NCBI GenBank assembly: GCA_963701095.1
Contig: OY969564.1
Span: 1,984,001 to 2,048,000 of the forward strand
DNA length: 64,000 bases
Origin: an uncultured Methanoregulaceae archaeon
GTDB taxonomy: Archaea > Halobacteriota > Methanomicrobia > Methanomicrobiales > Methanospirillaceae
Direction: 5' to 3'
Positions 10,629 through 21,465 of the stretch are shown one piece after another (within the stretch, counting starts at the first letter, position 1; each line of letters opens with the position of its first letter). A model generated the notes under the pieces. The model was given only the letters and a program-made list of their open reading frames with translations, had not been told where the DNA came from and ran no database searches. The position numbers and the translations under genes are program-made.

Positions 10629-11780
10629 ATGAAAAACGCCGATATTACCAGCATTTACAAGGCGCTGGACGACCAGTACTTTATGCCAGCTTTCTCCCGG
10701 AATATGGCGATTGTCCGCGGGAAAGGGTCCATCGTGTGGGATGGAACCGGAAAAGAATACATCGATTGTGTAGCCGGCATTGCCGTTTGCAGCACCGGTC
10801 ATTGCCATCCTGCTGTTGTAAAGGCTATCTGCGAACAGGCGCACGAGCTCATACACTGTTCAAATCTCTATTACGTTCCTCACCAGGGAGAACTCGCACA
10901 GAAGATCGTAGAGATCACGGGTATGAAAAAAGCCTTCTTCTCCAACTCTGGCGCTGAAGCAAGTGATGGGGCCCTGAAACTTGCCCGGGTCAGGACCAAA
11001 AAGAAGAAGTTTGTTGCCTTCATGCATGGTTTCCATGGGAGGACGATAGGATCGCTTGCAGTAACCCACAAACCAGCAGCCCGTGAACCGTTCGAACCTT
11101 TGGGCTTACCAACCACGTTTGTCGAGTACGGGAACCTCGAAGCGTTAAAGAAAGCCGTCGATCGCGATACCGCGGCGGTAATTGTTGAGCCTATACAGGG
11201 TGAAGCGGGTGTTATTATTCCTCCGGACAGTTTCCTTGAAGGTATCCGTGAAATCTGTGATGCAACCGGGACACTCATGATAGTAGATGAAGTTCAGACC
11301 GGGATGGGTCGAACCGGAAAATGGCTTGCAATCCAGCACACCAAAGTTGAGCCTGATATTATCACTCTTGCAAAAGGTATCGCAAGCGGGTTTCCCATGG
11401 GTGCACTTGTAGCCCGTGACGGTCTCGAATTTACGAAGGGCGAACACGGGAGTACATTTGCAGGCGGCCCTCTTGCATGCGCTGCCAGCCTTGCGACGAT
11501 CAGCGTCCTCGAACCACTCCTTCCCGAAATAGTCCGTAAAGGCGAGCGGCTCCGCCAGGGCCTTGCAAAATACCATCCCCGGGTACGCGGTCTGATGATT
11601 GGTGTTACAGTCGGGGACAAGTGTCCTGATGTCCAGAATGAATGTGCGGAGCAGGGTGTGCTTGTCAACTGTGCGGCAGATGGCAACCTGCGGTTAGTCC
11701 CGCCACTCGTAATCTCGGATGCTGAGATTGACCAGGTGGTGAAGGTGATCGATGGAGCACTTAGTAAGGTCATGCTATAA
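10629..11780 (+). CDS. argD: Acetylornithine aminotransferase (class III)
   Basis: FSNSGAEA, FHGRT, EPIQGEAGV, DEVQTGMGRTG, AKGIASG, HGSTFAG. Confidence 0.9.
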   Translation: MKNADITSIYKALDDQYFMPAFSRNMAIVRGKGSIVWDGTGKEYIDCVAGIAVCSTGHCHPAVVKAICEQAHELIHCSNLYYVPHQGELAQKIVEITGMKKAFFSNSGAEASDGALKLARVRTKKKKFVAFMHGFHGRTIGSLAVTHKPAAREPFEPLGLPTTFVEYGNLEALKKAVDRDTAAVIVEPIQGEAGVIIPPDSFLEGIREICDATGTLMIVDEVQTGMGRTGKWLAIQHTKVEPDIITLAKGIASGFPMGALVARDGLEFTKGEHGSTFAGGPLACAASLATISVLEPLLPEIVRKGERLRQGLAKYHPRVRGLMIGVTVGDKCPDVQNECAEQGVLVNCAADGNLRLVPPLVISDAEIDQVVKVIDGALSKVML

Positions 11781-12798
11781 GCAGGGCGGGTATGTATTCG
11801 CAAAAAAAGCGGCAAACCTCGCAGGTGACGGGAGGGTTGCACGTCTTGCAAGTAACGAAAATCCCGAAGCCCCTTCTCCGGCGGCGATAGCGGCAGCACA
11901 GGAAGCAGTACGTACTGCAAACAGGTATCCTGATGAGCGGGTGGACGTCCTTGTCTCTGCCCTTCGCGCTTATTACGGTAACTACCATTTCGTGACCGGT
12001 GTCGGTATGGATGGCGTGATTGAAACGCTGATACGGACACTTGTTGATCCCGGGGATAAGGTGGCTGTATCTACCCCTACCTTCTCCTTCTATGGGATCG
12101 CCGCTCAAGCACAGGGTGCAAACGTTATTGCAGTCCGGCGCCAGCCGGATTTTTCCGTTGATACTGCCGCACTTATCCGCGAAGGAAAAGATGCCAAGAT
12201 TGTCGTGCTCTGTACACCCAATAACCCAACCGGTAATTTAACCTCATTTGAAGATGTTCAAACAATACTTGAGGGGATTTGTGGGATGCTTTTCCTCGAC
12301 AATGCGTATGTTGAGTTTTCTGGCACCGATTATCTCCCTCTCATGAGAAAGTACGAAAATCTGGTCATTGGCAGGACGTTCTCGAAAGTTCACTCACTTG
12401 CCGGCCTTCGTATCGGATACGCGTTTGTACCGGCCTGGCTTCAACCGTTCTACCTTCGGGCTGGTACACCGTTTACGGTGAATACGATTTCTGCAGCAGC
12501 TGCTGCAGCTGCGTTAACAGACAAGGCACATGCTGACCGGTATATTGGCCAGGTCGTTACATGGCGCAAACAGTTCAGCGCTGACCTGAAGTATCCGGTG
12601 CTGCCTTCGGGTGCCAACTTTGTGATGGTCGATGTAACGCCCTTCACCTGCGATGAGGTCGTGGAGAGACTGGCTGCAAAAGGAGTGCTTGTTCGTTCCT
12701 GCAGAAGTTTTACAGGACTTGCTGACCATTATATCAGGGTGAGCATTGGCGAGGACTGGGAGAACGAACGCTTTATAAAGGAGTTAAACGCCCTATGA
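11752..12798 (+). CDS. hisC: Histidinol-phosphate aminotransferase
   Basis: LASNENP, PNNPTG, DNAY, RTFSKVHSLAGLRIGY. Confidence 0.9.
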   Translation: MEHLVRSCYKQGGYVFAKKAANLAGDGRVARLASNENPEAPSPAAIAAAQEAVRTANRYPDERVDVLVSALRAYYGNYHFVTGVGMDGVIETLIRTLVDPGDKVAVSTPTFSFYGIAAQAQGANVIAVRRQPDFSVDTAALIREGKDAKIVVLCTPNNPTGNLTSFEDVQTILEGICGMLFLDNAYVEFSGTDYLPLMRKYENLVIGRTFSKVHSLAGLRIGYAFVPAWLQPFYLRAGTPFTVNTISAAAAAAALTDKAHADRYIGQVVTWRKQFSADLKYPVLPSGANFVMVDVTPFTCDEVVERLAAKGVLVRSCRSFTGLADHYIRVSIGEDWENERFIKELNAL

Positions 12799-13307
12799 TG
12801 TGCGGTATCACCGGGACGCCGGGAACAGGCAAATCAACGGTCGCAGACGAACTGTTTCGTCGGGGGCACAGAGTGGTTCACATCACAGATGTAGTGCAAC
12901 CCTACGTGTTGGGAAAAGACCCGGAGCGGGACACGCAGATCATTGACACCGACAAGATGGTCGATGAATTGGTGCCCTTCGATGGTTTTGTCGAGGGCCA
13001 TTTCGCTCACTTACTTCCCTGTGATCGCATAGTGGTGTTGCGTCTTCGTCCTGACGAGCTGGTTGCACGCCTCAAAGCCCGGGGGTATTCATCCAATAAG
13101 ATCGTGGAGAACCGGGATGCTGAAGCGCTTGATGTCTGCCTGATCGAGACGGTAGATCTTTACGATCCTGATTATATTTTTGAACTTGATACGACAGCCA
13201 AAAGCCTGGCTGCTTGTGCTGACACGATCGAGCGGTTTTACCGGGGCGAAATCCCTGCCTCTTTTGGGTCGATCGACTGGTCAGCGTTTGCTGAGGTGTC
13301 GCCTTGA
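12795..13307 (+). CDS. Adenylate kinase, AK6/Fap7 type
   Basis: ITGTPGTGKST, EGHFAH, RLKARGY..KIVEN..AE. Confidence 0.88.
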   Translation: MMCGITGTPGTGKSTVADELFRRGHRVVHITDVVQPYVLGKDPERDTQIIDTDKMVDELVPFDGFVEGHFAHLLPCDRIVVLRLRPDELVARLKARGYSSNKIVENRDAEALDVCLIETVDLYDPDYIFELDTTAKSLAACADTIERFYRGEIPASFGSIDWSAFAEVSP

Positions 13308-13900
13308 CCCTTGACCAGTTCCGGCCGCATGTCAAGGTCTACTTCGATCCTCTCGTGCGGTTTGCCATCCGGTGCAGGCTTACGCCAAATATTCTTACAA
13401 TCGCGGCGTTTATCGCTTCTGCTGCCGCGGGCCTCCTCTTTTATTTCCGCCTTGAACTCTGGGCGGTACTTGCAGTCGCCATAAATGCGTTTTGCGATGC
13501 AATGGATGGAGCGGTTGCCCGGGAGACCAAAAGCCAGAGCCTAAGGGGAGATTTCCTCGACCATGCGGTAGACCGATACGCTGACATATTCATTATCACC
13601 GGTATCTTCGCAAGCGGCCTCGTAATCTGGCCTATTGGCGTTCTTGCTCTCACCGGGGTCCTGATGTCGTCGTACCTGGGGACGCAGGCACAAGCGGTTG
13701 GCGTGGGGAGGTACTACGGGGGAGTACTGGGCAGGGCCGACCGGCTCGTGCTGATAATGGTGGCCGGGATTGCTACAATCCTTTATCCCCTGACTATATT
13801 CAGTCTGAACTGGCTGGGCTGGCTTCTTCTCCTCTTTGGTGTCTTTGGCCACCTCACAGCATTCCAGCGGTTTGCATATGTGTGGCGGAAGATGGAATAA
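13304..13900 (+). CDS. CDP-alcohol phosphatidyltransferase (archaetidylinositol phosphate synthase-like)
   Basis: DAMDGAVAR...GDFLDHAVDRYAD signature; hydrophobic. Confidence 0.92.
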   Translation: MTLDQFRPHVKVYFDPLVRFAIRCRLTPNILTIAAFIASAAAGLLFYFRLELWAVLAVAINAFCDAMDGAVARETKSQSLRGDFLDHAVDRYADIFIITGIFASGLVIWPIGVLALTGVLMSSYLGTQAQAVGVGRYYGGVLGRADRLVLIMVAGIATILYPLTIFSLNWLGWLLLLFGVFGHLTAFQRFAYVWRKME

Positions 13901-13946
13901 CCAATCCTTTTAGAAGGGTAAAAATGGATAATCCGAGATGCCGACA

Positions 13947-14606
13947 TTATGGTGTTTCAGGTCTCTCTTTTAGATCCCGGATATATTCCAGCGCCGCAAT
14001 TGCATCTTCCCGTTTCTGATCAGCAGGGGTTTCTGTGACAAAAGCGAGGAACCGTTCTTTTGTCGCCGTATCAATTGCATCGCCGGCAACAGTCACGATT
14101 TTCTGGTAGGTACGTTGTGGATAAAAAACTGAACGTGCTGCGTCGAGCAGGATTTGGTGGACATCAGAAGAGATAACTCCGGCAGTCTCCGCATTTTTTA
14201 GTGTGCACCGGATATTGATGAGCGGCTCGGAGAGCGAATATCCTGAGACCGGATCGAAAACAAGTGCTACTTCGTCATCGGATGTGAGTGTGCCGTCTTT
14301 GTACATCTGGTAAATCTTTCCTATACCGGTCATACCCAGTGTATCCATCTCTGCAGCCCGAAGTGCGCCCATGCTCGATGCACCGATTACGGTTACCCCA
14401 TGTTTTACTGCAGCAAGGATCTCTCGATGTGCAACAGCAGCATCCTGATGGAAAACCCCGTCGATAAGACCGATGATCTTTGCACCGTCATGAATTGCCG
14501 CGAGGATATCGCTTCGCTTTGCAGGCAGCCGGTACTCTGCCGCGAGAATTTTTTGCGCAGATGCCAGATCAAGGCTTGGCCCGAGAAAAACGATGATTTT
14601 TTGCAT
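13947..14606 (-). CDS. tfuA: TfuA protein (MCR glycine thioamidation partner)
   Basis: VFLGPSL, LIDGVFHQ, GASSMGALRAAE, DDEVAL; coupled to ycaO. Confidence 0.92.
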   Translation of the reverse strand: MQKIIVFLGPSLDLASAQKILAAEYRLPAKRSDILAAIHDGAKIIGLIDGVFHQDAAVAHREILAAVKHGVTVIGASSMGALRAAEMDTLGMTGIGKIYQMYKDGTLTSDDEVALVFDPVSGYSLSEPLINIRCTLKNAETAGVISSDVHQILLDAARSVFYPQRTYQKIVTVAGDAIDTATKERFLAFVTETPADQKREDAIAALEYIRDLKERPETP

Positions 14607-15781
14607 GTCTGAGCCGCTCCCCTCGCCGTTCGGGATCCATTGCATAGACTTCGAGACCTGGAACGATCACCCTGACCACCGGTATCCCTATCTCCTCTCT
14701 GGTCAGGTCAACAACAATCACCCGGTCAAGTCCCTGTTTCCTGAGTGCATCAATCGCAAACCGGATATCCTGAGCGAAGTCATCGCTGTCATATGAACCG
14801 AGATTTTCATAATTGACGGTCCCATTATCCTTAAACCAGTACCCGTTGATCCGTTTGACCCGGTCGTACCCCATCTTTTTCCGGAGGTCTGCCGTTATTG
14901 TATCTTCCCGCGCACCATGGATCTGGGTAAGGCGGCTCTGTGCCACTTCAGTAAGGGCCCTCATGATCGCAATGCGGGCATTGGTATGGGTACCGATCCC
15001 GATCGTAAGCAGCGAGGGATCTTTGAGCAGTACATCATCGGAGACTGCAGCTGATTGTGGGAATGCCGATATCACTGGTAATATCCCGGACAATAACGTC
15101 GACTTTTGCATCAGTAAATTTCTTCTGCATTTCTGCAATCATGGGATCGTCGATCCCGGTCACTGCCGGTCCGGTATCCCGGGTAGCTTCAACAAGCGAC
15201 CAGGCATCCCGTTCAATAACTTCACAGAGTGCATGGAAGATTGCCTCTTCTCTTGTATTTCCTGACGCAAGACCGTTTGTCGAAGTCCGGAAAATTTGGC
15301 GGAAGTTCCGGGGAAGAGGATGGAAGACAGCCTGCGCAGGAACGAAGACCGGGATATCGTTTGCGATATCCCAGCCCTCGACCCAGGGGAGGACATGGCC
15401 GGGTTCGGTTTCTGAAGGGAGGATAAGATCCTTTGGATTGATCGCCGGTGCATTCCCGGCAAGCATTTCATAGGTGTCCAGTTGGATCTTGCGGTCGTGG
15501 ATCTCTGACGAATACCGTTCGATTCCTTCCATGATGCCGGAGATCCGTGATTCCTCGACTGTCGCTCCCTTCCCGTTATAGACCGTAATCGCCCCGTCAT
15601 CAGCGGTCGGCCGGATACAGGAGAAGACGGGAATGCCAATCCGATCGAGATTAGTAATATCTGCAACCCGGGTGATGCCGGCGACCGGGACTTTTGGTTC
15701 TATCCGCTCAAGGGTTTCTGCCAGCGGCACTGCCCGCTGGGTTTCGCGGTTATAGGTCTTTTTGCAGGGAGAAATGTGCAT
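14569..15781 (-). CDS. ycaO: YcaO thioamidation protein; split by a 1-nt frameshift near 15055
   Basis: GITRVADITNLDRIGIPV, GKG, EGIERYS, STNGLASGN, EVIERDA, then ALTEVAQSR and PVVRVIVPGLE in the next frame. Confidence 0.9.
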
Positions 15782-15933
15782 GGGGGTTCACCGGGGTTAC
15801 CGAGCGGATGAGATTGTCCTTTTTAAGAGATTTTACATTATTGTGGTTTATACATGTCCATAGTCCGGGAGCGCGAAGGGAGAATAGTCCAGCCACCCCC
15901 GGATATATTACCTTCCCGTGGCAATGGTGGTAT

Positions 15934-16275
15934 ATGGATTATTCCTACCTTGCCCTGAAATTCCTCATCGGCGGCGGCGTCATTGTAGGTGTAACATTTC
16001 TGGCAGAACAAGTCGACCCGAAATACGGAGGGATTCTCGCCGCAGCCCCGATAACGACAACATTGGCATTTCTTTTCACGTATTCAGATGCCGGGCAGGC
16101 GATAACAAGGCAGCTGGTGATGGGATCCTTCTGGTTTGCCATCCCCACCCTGCTCTTTCTACTGACGCTGTACCTTCTTATGTCACGATATTCCCTCATA
16201 CCCAGTTTTGGCGGGGCATATGGTGTATGGTTTGCAGCAGTCCTCGTAATGAACCGGTTACTTACCGGGATTTGA
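15934..16275 (+). CDS. Small membrane protein (DUF3147/GlpM-like)
   Basis: Four hydrophobic segments; LKFLIGG, GGILAAAP. Confidence 0.7.
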   Translation: MDYSYLALKFLIGGGVIVGVTFLAEQVDPKYGGILAAAPITTTLAFLFTYSDAGQAITRQLVMGSFWFAIPTLLFLLTLYLLMSRYSLIPSFGGAYGVWFAAVLVMNRLLTGI

Positions 16276-16321
16276 GCACAAGGGTCTTCATACACAATAA
16301 AATAGTGAATTTTTATGGATT

Positions 16322-17287
16322 TCAGATCTGCCTGAGATTTCCGCGTTGTTTTACAAACCGGTCCCAGTTCCACGGTTCGTCAAGTACGTTTACCCTCACA
16401 TGCTCGATACCGCAGATCCCGAGTGCTTTTCGCTGCACCTGTCCGGAAAGGTGATCGGAGAGGGGGCAGGCTTTACAGGTAAGCACCATGTCGATCTCCA
16501 CGCTGGTGCCCTTTACCCGTATTTCTTTTATTAGTCCGAGGTCGACAATGTCTATGCCCACCTCAGGATCAATTACTTCCTTCAATGCATTCCGAATCTC
16601 GTTCTCGCAGACGATCTCCTGGCGGGCCGCAGGGGATATTGGGTTTGGCTGTGCCTGCTCGAACGTGCGGAGTCTCTCTTCAAGCTGGTTCTGCCGGTCC
16701 AGCAGCCGGCTGACCACGCGGAGCATGGGATCAGGCATAACTTCTTCGATTGTCTCGTCCGGCGATCCATGTTCCGGACCGGCGATCCTGCCCGGGACAC
16801 CGACAACCGTTGCGCCTGACGGGACGGACCTGACTACGACTGATCCGGCACCGACTTTCGCCCCCCTGCCTATACGGATGGGACCGAGGACGATAGATCC
16901 GGATCCAAGGATCACATCACCCTCTATAGTTGGGTGACGTTTCACGTTCTCGAGCGCTGTACCCCCAAGCACGACACCCATGTAGATGAGGACATCATTT
17001 CCAATCTCGGCTGTCTCTCCGATAACAACTCCCATACCATGATCGATAACCACCCGGCGGCCAATCACTGCACCGGGATGGATCTCAATCCCGGTAAGGA
17101 ACCTGCCTATATGGGAGACGAACCGGGCCCAGAATTTGAAGTTATGGATCCAGAGCCAGTGAGCCCTCCGGTGGATCCAGAGCGCATGAAGCCCTGGATA
17201 ACAGAAAAGGACTTCAGAGGTGGAGCGGGCAGCAGGGTCCTTGGAAAATATTGCCTGGATGTCTTCCCGGAGGCGGTCAAAAACCAT
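16322..17287 (-). CDS. cysE: Serine O-acetyltransferase fused to C-terminal DUF59 (SufT/MIP18-like) domain
   Basis: [34 protein letters not shown]-terminal [19 protein letters not shown]...LTCKACP...PW. Confidence 0.92.
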   Translation of the reverse strand: MVFDRLREDIQAIFSKDPAARSTSEVLFCYPGLHALWIHRRAHWLWIHNFKFWARFVSHIGRFLTGIEIHPGAVIGRRVVIDHGMGVVIGETAEIGNDVLIYMGVVLGGTALENVKRHPTIEGDVILGSGSIVLGPIRIGRGAKVGAGSVVVRSVPSGATVVGVPGRIAGPEHGSPDETIEEVMPDPMLRVVSRLLDRQNQLEERLRTFEQAQPNPISPAARQEIVCENEIRNALKEVIDPEVGIDIVDLGLIKEIRVKGTSVEIDMVLTCKACPLSDHLSGQVQRKALGICGIEHVRVNVLDEPWNWDRFVKQRGNLRQI

Positions 17288-17298
17288 GGTAGTCTCAC

Positions 17299-18231
17299 TT
17301 ATTCCACAAACAGATCCGGGATACTTAAGTACCGTTCCCCGGTATCTGGCAGGATAACCACAATAAGCTTACCCTTGTTTTCCGGGCGTGATGCCACTTC
17401 AAGAGCGGCATAGGTCGCTGCGCCACTGGAGATCCCGGCAAGAATACCCTCCTCTTTAGCCAGTCTTCGTGTCGTTTCAAAGGCGTCCTCATTCTTAACA
17501 CGGATAATCTCGTCCACGAGCTCGCGTTTGAGTACTGCGGGGACGAAACCAGCACCGATACCTTGGATGCGGTGTGGGCCGGGAAACCCGCCGGAGAGCA
17601 CCGGTGAAGCATCAGGTTCGACGGCGATTGCGCGGAATGAGGGCTTTTTCTTCTTGATCACATCTGCAATACCGGTAATTGTTCCTCCGGTTCCCACGCC
17701 GGCCACGAGGATATCGACTTTTCCGTCGGTATCGCGCCAGATCTCCTCGGCAGTAGTCTTCCGGTGAATTGCCGGGTTTGCCAGGTTGTTAAACTGCTGG
17801 GGGATGTAAAAGTACTTCGGGTTCTCTGCTGCCATTTTCTCGGCTCTTGAGACAGCTCCCTTCATACCCTCCGCACCGGGTGTAAGAACCAGCTCTGCAC
17901 CGAATGCTTTTGCCAGTCTCCGCCTCTCGACACTCATGGTCTCCGGCATCACCAGCGTGAGTTTGTATCCCCGTGCAGCACTTACGAATGCAAGGGCGAT
18001 ACCGGTATTACCGCTTGTTGGTTCGAGGATGATCGTATCTTTTTTGATCAATCCTTGCTTTTCGGCCTCATCGAGCATCGCAACCCCGATACGGTCCTTG
18101 ACACTGCTCAGAGGGTTGAACGATTCAAGCTTTACAAAAACCGTTGCGCCAGAACCCTTACTCAGACGGTTCAGCCGTACAAGCGGCGTGTTGCCAATCG
18201 TTGCTGTAATATTTTCGTAGATCTTTGCCAT
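17299..18231 (-). CDS. cysK: Cysteine synthase A (O-acetylserine sulfhydrylase)
   Basis: [57 protein letters not shown]. Confidence 0.97.
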   Translation of the reverse strand: MAKIYENITATIGNTPLVRLNRLSKGSGATVFVKLESFNPLSSVKDRIGVAMLDEAEKQGLIKKDTIILEPTSGNTGIALAFVSAARGYKLTLVMPETMSVERRRLAKAFGAELVLTPGAEGMKGAVSRAEKMAAENPKYFYIPQQFNNLANPAIHRKTTAEEIWRDTDGKVDILVAGVGTGGTITGIADVIKKKKPSFRAIAVEPDASPVLSGGFPGPHRIQGIGAGFVPAVLKRELVDEIIRVKNEDAFETTRRLAKEEGILAGISSGAATYAALEVASRPENKGKLIVVILPDTGERYLSIPDLFVE

Positions 18232-18285
18232 TCCGTTTCCCTTCCTGACTCTGGAATCTCCCTAGGATCTGGTGAGGTTCCGGAA

Positions 18286-18300
18286 GTTCACAATTGTTAA
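18286..18300. promoter_or_regulatory. Putative operator GTTCACAATTGTTAA upstream of cysK
   Basis: Near-palindrome 55 bp upstream of the cysK ATG, about 15 bp downstream of a minus-strand TATAATAA box (~18316-18323); identical 15-mer at 20911. Confidence 0.7.
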
Positions 18301-18989
18301 TTGTCCGGAGCCAGTTATTATACCTTGTTTTCCAGCAAAAACTGCATTCCTGATCAGGATTTATGAATAATACTCTTACGAAGATTGACATTTAGCGGCA
18401 AAATATGACGCAAAATCAGGATATAATACATCTCCCGCCTCATATTACGTGTTCACACCTCTGAACAGGAAGACAGTCATGAACACACACCGCGCGAATA
18501 CCGCTGGACTCTCATCAGGCCCGGATGCACCCCGGTCGTTGCCCGTGTCTTTTCCGGCATTGTACCGGTAAGACCTGTGGAACAGTTCACTCGTATCAGG
18601 GGCTCAGGGCAGTATTGTTGTCCCTTGGAGCTCGCTAGAACAGGTTCACCAGTGACTGCATTCCTCATAATCCGCGGAATACCTGCAGTCCTTGGTATGG
18701 GTCCGTGAGAATCAATCCTGATTTCATGTCCTCGACCTCAACCAAATAGGACCATATAGAAGCACCTCGGCTGTCAAGGTCGATATCACCAGCCGTAATA
18801 AAGCCTCATGCACCACAAACACACAAACTCCGATACCACACCCGGGAGATTTGTTAGTATTTCCAGGTGAAACGTAATTTTTTCCACCTATGTTTAGACT
18901 CAATCTAGATCTATTGCAGAAAAAGTGAATATCACGAAGAAGAGTAATCCAACCTGAATATATTCGGGAAACGAGTCCATTGAAAAAGG

Positions 18990-19062
18990 GCCGGTGTGGC
19001 AGAGCGGTTAATGCCTTCGCCTGCAAAGCGAATGCGTGGGGGTTCGACTCCCTCCGCCGGCG
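18990..19062 (+). tRNA. tRNA-Cys (GCA), A37 type, apparent G73 discriminator
   Basis: Acceptor GCCGGTG/CGCCGGC, D arm GCAG..GG..ATGC, anticodon stem TTCGC/GCGAA with loop CT-GCA-AA, T arm GGGGG-TTCGACT-CCCTC. Confidence 0.88.
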
Positions 19063-19082
19063 TAAAAATGAGGATCACTGCC

Positions 19083-20343
19083 ATGGAACTGTACAGTACA
19101 TTATCAAGAACTGTTGAACCGTTTGCGACACTTCATCCGGACAGGGTGACGCTCTTTGTTTGCGGTCCGACAGTATACGATTATTCACATCTTGGTCATG
19201 CCCGGACCTATGTTGTCTTTGACGTCCTTACAAAATATCTTAGGTTGACGGGTAAAGAGGTGTTCTATCTCCAGAATATAACAGACGTCGATGACAAAAT
19301 CATCTACCGTGCAAAGGAAGAAGGGCTGTCCCAGAGCCTTCTGGCTAGGAAGTTTGAGACCGAGTACCTCCGAGACATGCGTTCCCTTGGGATTGATGCT
19401 GTTAGTTATTATGCCCGGGCCACAACTCACATCCCCGAGATAATCAACCAGGTGAAACGGTTGGTCGATCGGAATGTAGCATACGTCACCGAAACCGGAG
19501 TCTACTTCAATCTCGACTCGTTTAGACACAACGGGGAACTTTCAGGACAGGAACGGGCAAAGCGTGTCAGCCGCGTTAACGATTCGACAAAGCACAATCC
19601 CTTGGATTTTGCGCTCTGGAAACTGGGTGAATTCGGGGAATATACTTGGGACTCCCCATGGGGGCGGGGACGACCAGGCTGGCATATCGAGGACACAGTG
19701 TATCTCAGAGAAGTACTTCGGGCAGCAGTACGATATTCATGGGGGGGGATTAGATCTGATATTCCCTCATCATGAGGCAGAGATCGCGCAGATGGAGTCT
19801 CTGGAAGGAAAGCACCCGATGGTGAGATACTGGCTGCACACGGGTTTCCTCACGGTAAAAGGTGAGAAAATGTCCAAATCCCTCGGGAACTTTATCACGA
19901 TCAGGAACGCCCTCAAAACATGGAATAAGGATATACTCCGGTATTACTTTTTGCTCTCCCACTACCGGTCCCCACTTCAGGCAACTGACGAAGGTTTTGC
20001 TAACGCCGCCCGAGGTCTCGATCATATACGGGCTGTTGCAACTAAAGATAAAGGAGCGGACGCGAAGGGAAGGAGAGCCTTTATCGACGCTATGGAGTCT
20101 GATCTCAATACACCTATGGCCCTTGCTGCAATCCAGGCACTTGCGGTGAGTAGAGATCTTGAGGCGTTGCGCGAGTACGGAGAGATCCTCGGGATCAATT
20201 TTCTCCGCGAGACCAGTGCCCCCCTCAGTGTTCTTCAGGATATCCGGGCAGAACTACGGGCGAAAAAACAGTTTGGTATAGCAGATTTGATCCGTCAACG
20301 AATGGTAGCTGCGGGAATACCAATTACTGATGGACCACTCTGA
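19083..20343 (+). CDS. cysS: Cysteinyl-tRNA synthetase; 1-nt frameshift near 19700
   Basis: CGPTVY..HLGHAR, NITDVDDKII, DFALWK, PWGRGRPGWHIE; then DIHGGGLDLIFPHHEAE, KMSKS, AD.IR anticodon-binding motif in the next frame. Confidence 0.93.
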
Positions 20344-20594
20344 TTGGGTTCCCCCTTTCATCAGCTTTTTGGAATCCGGAACTGCGAAATGCTCCCGAGA
20401 TTACACATATACTTAAACGCTCAATGGTGTTGCCAAAGTTCACATACGGGCGGGGAATTAAATTCATTCCTTTACCGGGAACGTGAAAGATTCAGTGAGG
20501 AGGAAAATAAAAAAATCGCGGGGGAAACAGTGGGTAACAGGTTCACCACTGCCTTAGGAAATAGAGGAACGTGCATGTAGAGGCATAGGACACA

Positions 20595-20848
20595 TCATGC
20601 AGTAACCGCCTCTTCCAGCGGCTTGGTGTTCAGGCCGTACAGACTCTGCCTTGCATCGATGAAATAATAATGTTCAATCAAGAACTTTTCATCTTTGAGC
20701 CTGTTCAATGCATACCGCACAGTTCGGGACGGCAGGGCGGTCTCACGGATGAGATCCTTCTGCGTCAGCTGACCATTCGTTTCCAATACTTTATACACGA
20801 GCTTTGCCGATGGCGGCAGGTGCCTGATCCGTGCGAATGATCCTCCAT
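20595..20848 (-). CDS. Small winged-helix (MarR/TrmB-like) transcriptional regulator; probable frameshift just after the ATG
   Basis: LPPSAKLVYKVLETNGQLTQKDLIRETALPSRTVRYALNRL...DARQSLY; ATG at 20848 is one base out of frame. Confidence 0.82.
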
Positions 20849-20910
20849 TCGCGCTTACATTATTTTCGACAAAAACGATCCCTCATAGTGGATCACCATA
20901 GAACGTAAGA

Positions 20911-20925
20911 GTTCACAATTGTTAA
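20911..20925. promoter_or_regulatory. Putative operator GTTCACAATTGTTAA upstream of HTH regulator (autoregulation site)
   Basis: Exact copy of the 15-mer at 18286; overlaps a minus-strand TATA-like GAAAGACTTAA. Confidence 0.7.
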
Positions 20926-21465
20926 GTCTTTCGTTTCAGGACCCATTCGTTCGATGCATTCAAACTTCATTTTCATGAAAGACACATATCAAAAAATAAA
21001 GGTATATCTGCTTTTTAAAGCAGGAAAAAGCCATATTCTCCCCCGAATAATCTCACCGGGAGAATATCCGATCTTTATCCTTTTCTGTGACACCGATCCC
21101 AGTGTCTCAAAATAGAGTACCAGATCCGGATCTTACTGATAAACCATGGCGTAGAAATCAGGGTATTGATTCCCATGCGTTCAATTTCCGGGAGAAGATC
21201 TTCCCATTCACAAAAAACAAGACGAGATTTTATCACGCATGAAGAGCGTGAAAGCCCATAACCGGAAAGAGAGTGAAGTTTCCCAGCCATATTGCTTGGA
21301 GAACCTTCCGGCGCTCATAACAGATTCCGACAAGGCAATTTTATGTTGATAATGATAGTACGGTGTTTGTATCTTCAGTTTAATGAGATCCCGATGATAA
21401 TGCTGATCTGAGAAACATTTTCTGGTTTTTCCAGAAATTTCCCATTAAAGTGGAGTAGATCAATT

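Noticed and set aside
18490..18530. CTGATGAG on the minus strand resembling a hammerhead ribozyme core
   Set aside because: No matching GAAA core segment or closing stems were found.
18996..19082. N-terminal extension of cysS in the ORF track
   Set aside because: It overlaps the tRNA-Cys gene; the real start is the ATG at 19083 (or 19068).
21008..21290. Inverted repeats (CTGCTTT/AAAGCAG; ATATTCTCCC/GGGAGAATAT) and a 71-aa ORF
   Set aside because: Too short for a MITE, no target duplication or transposase; the ORF has no recognisable family, at most a decayed fragment.
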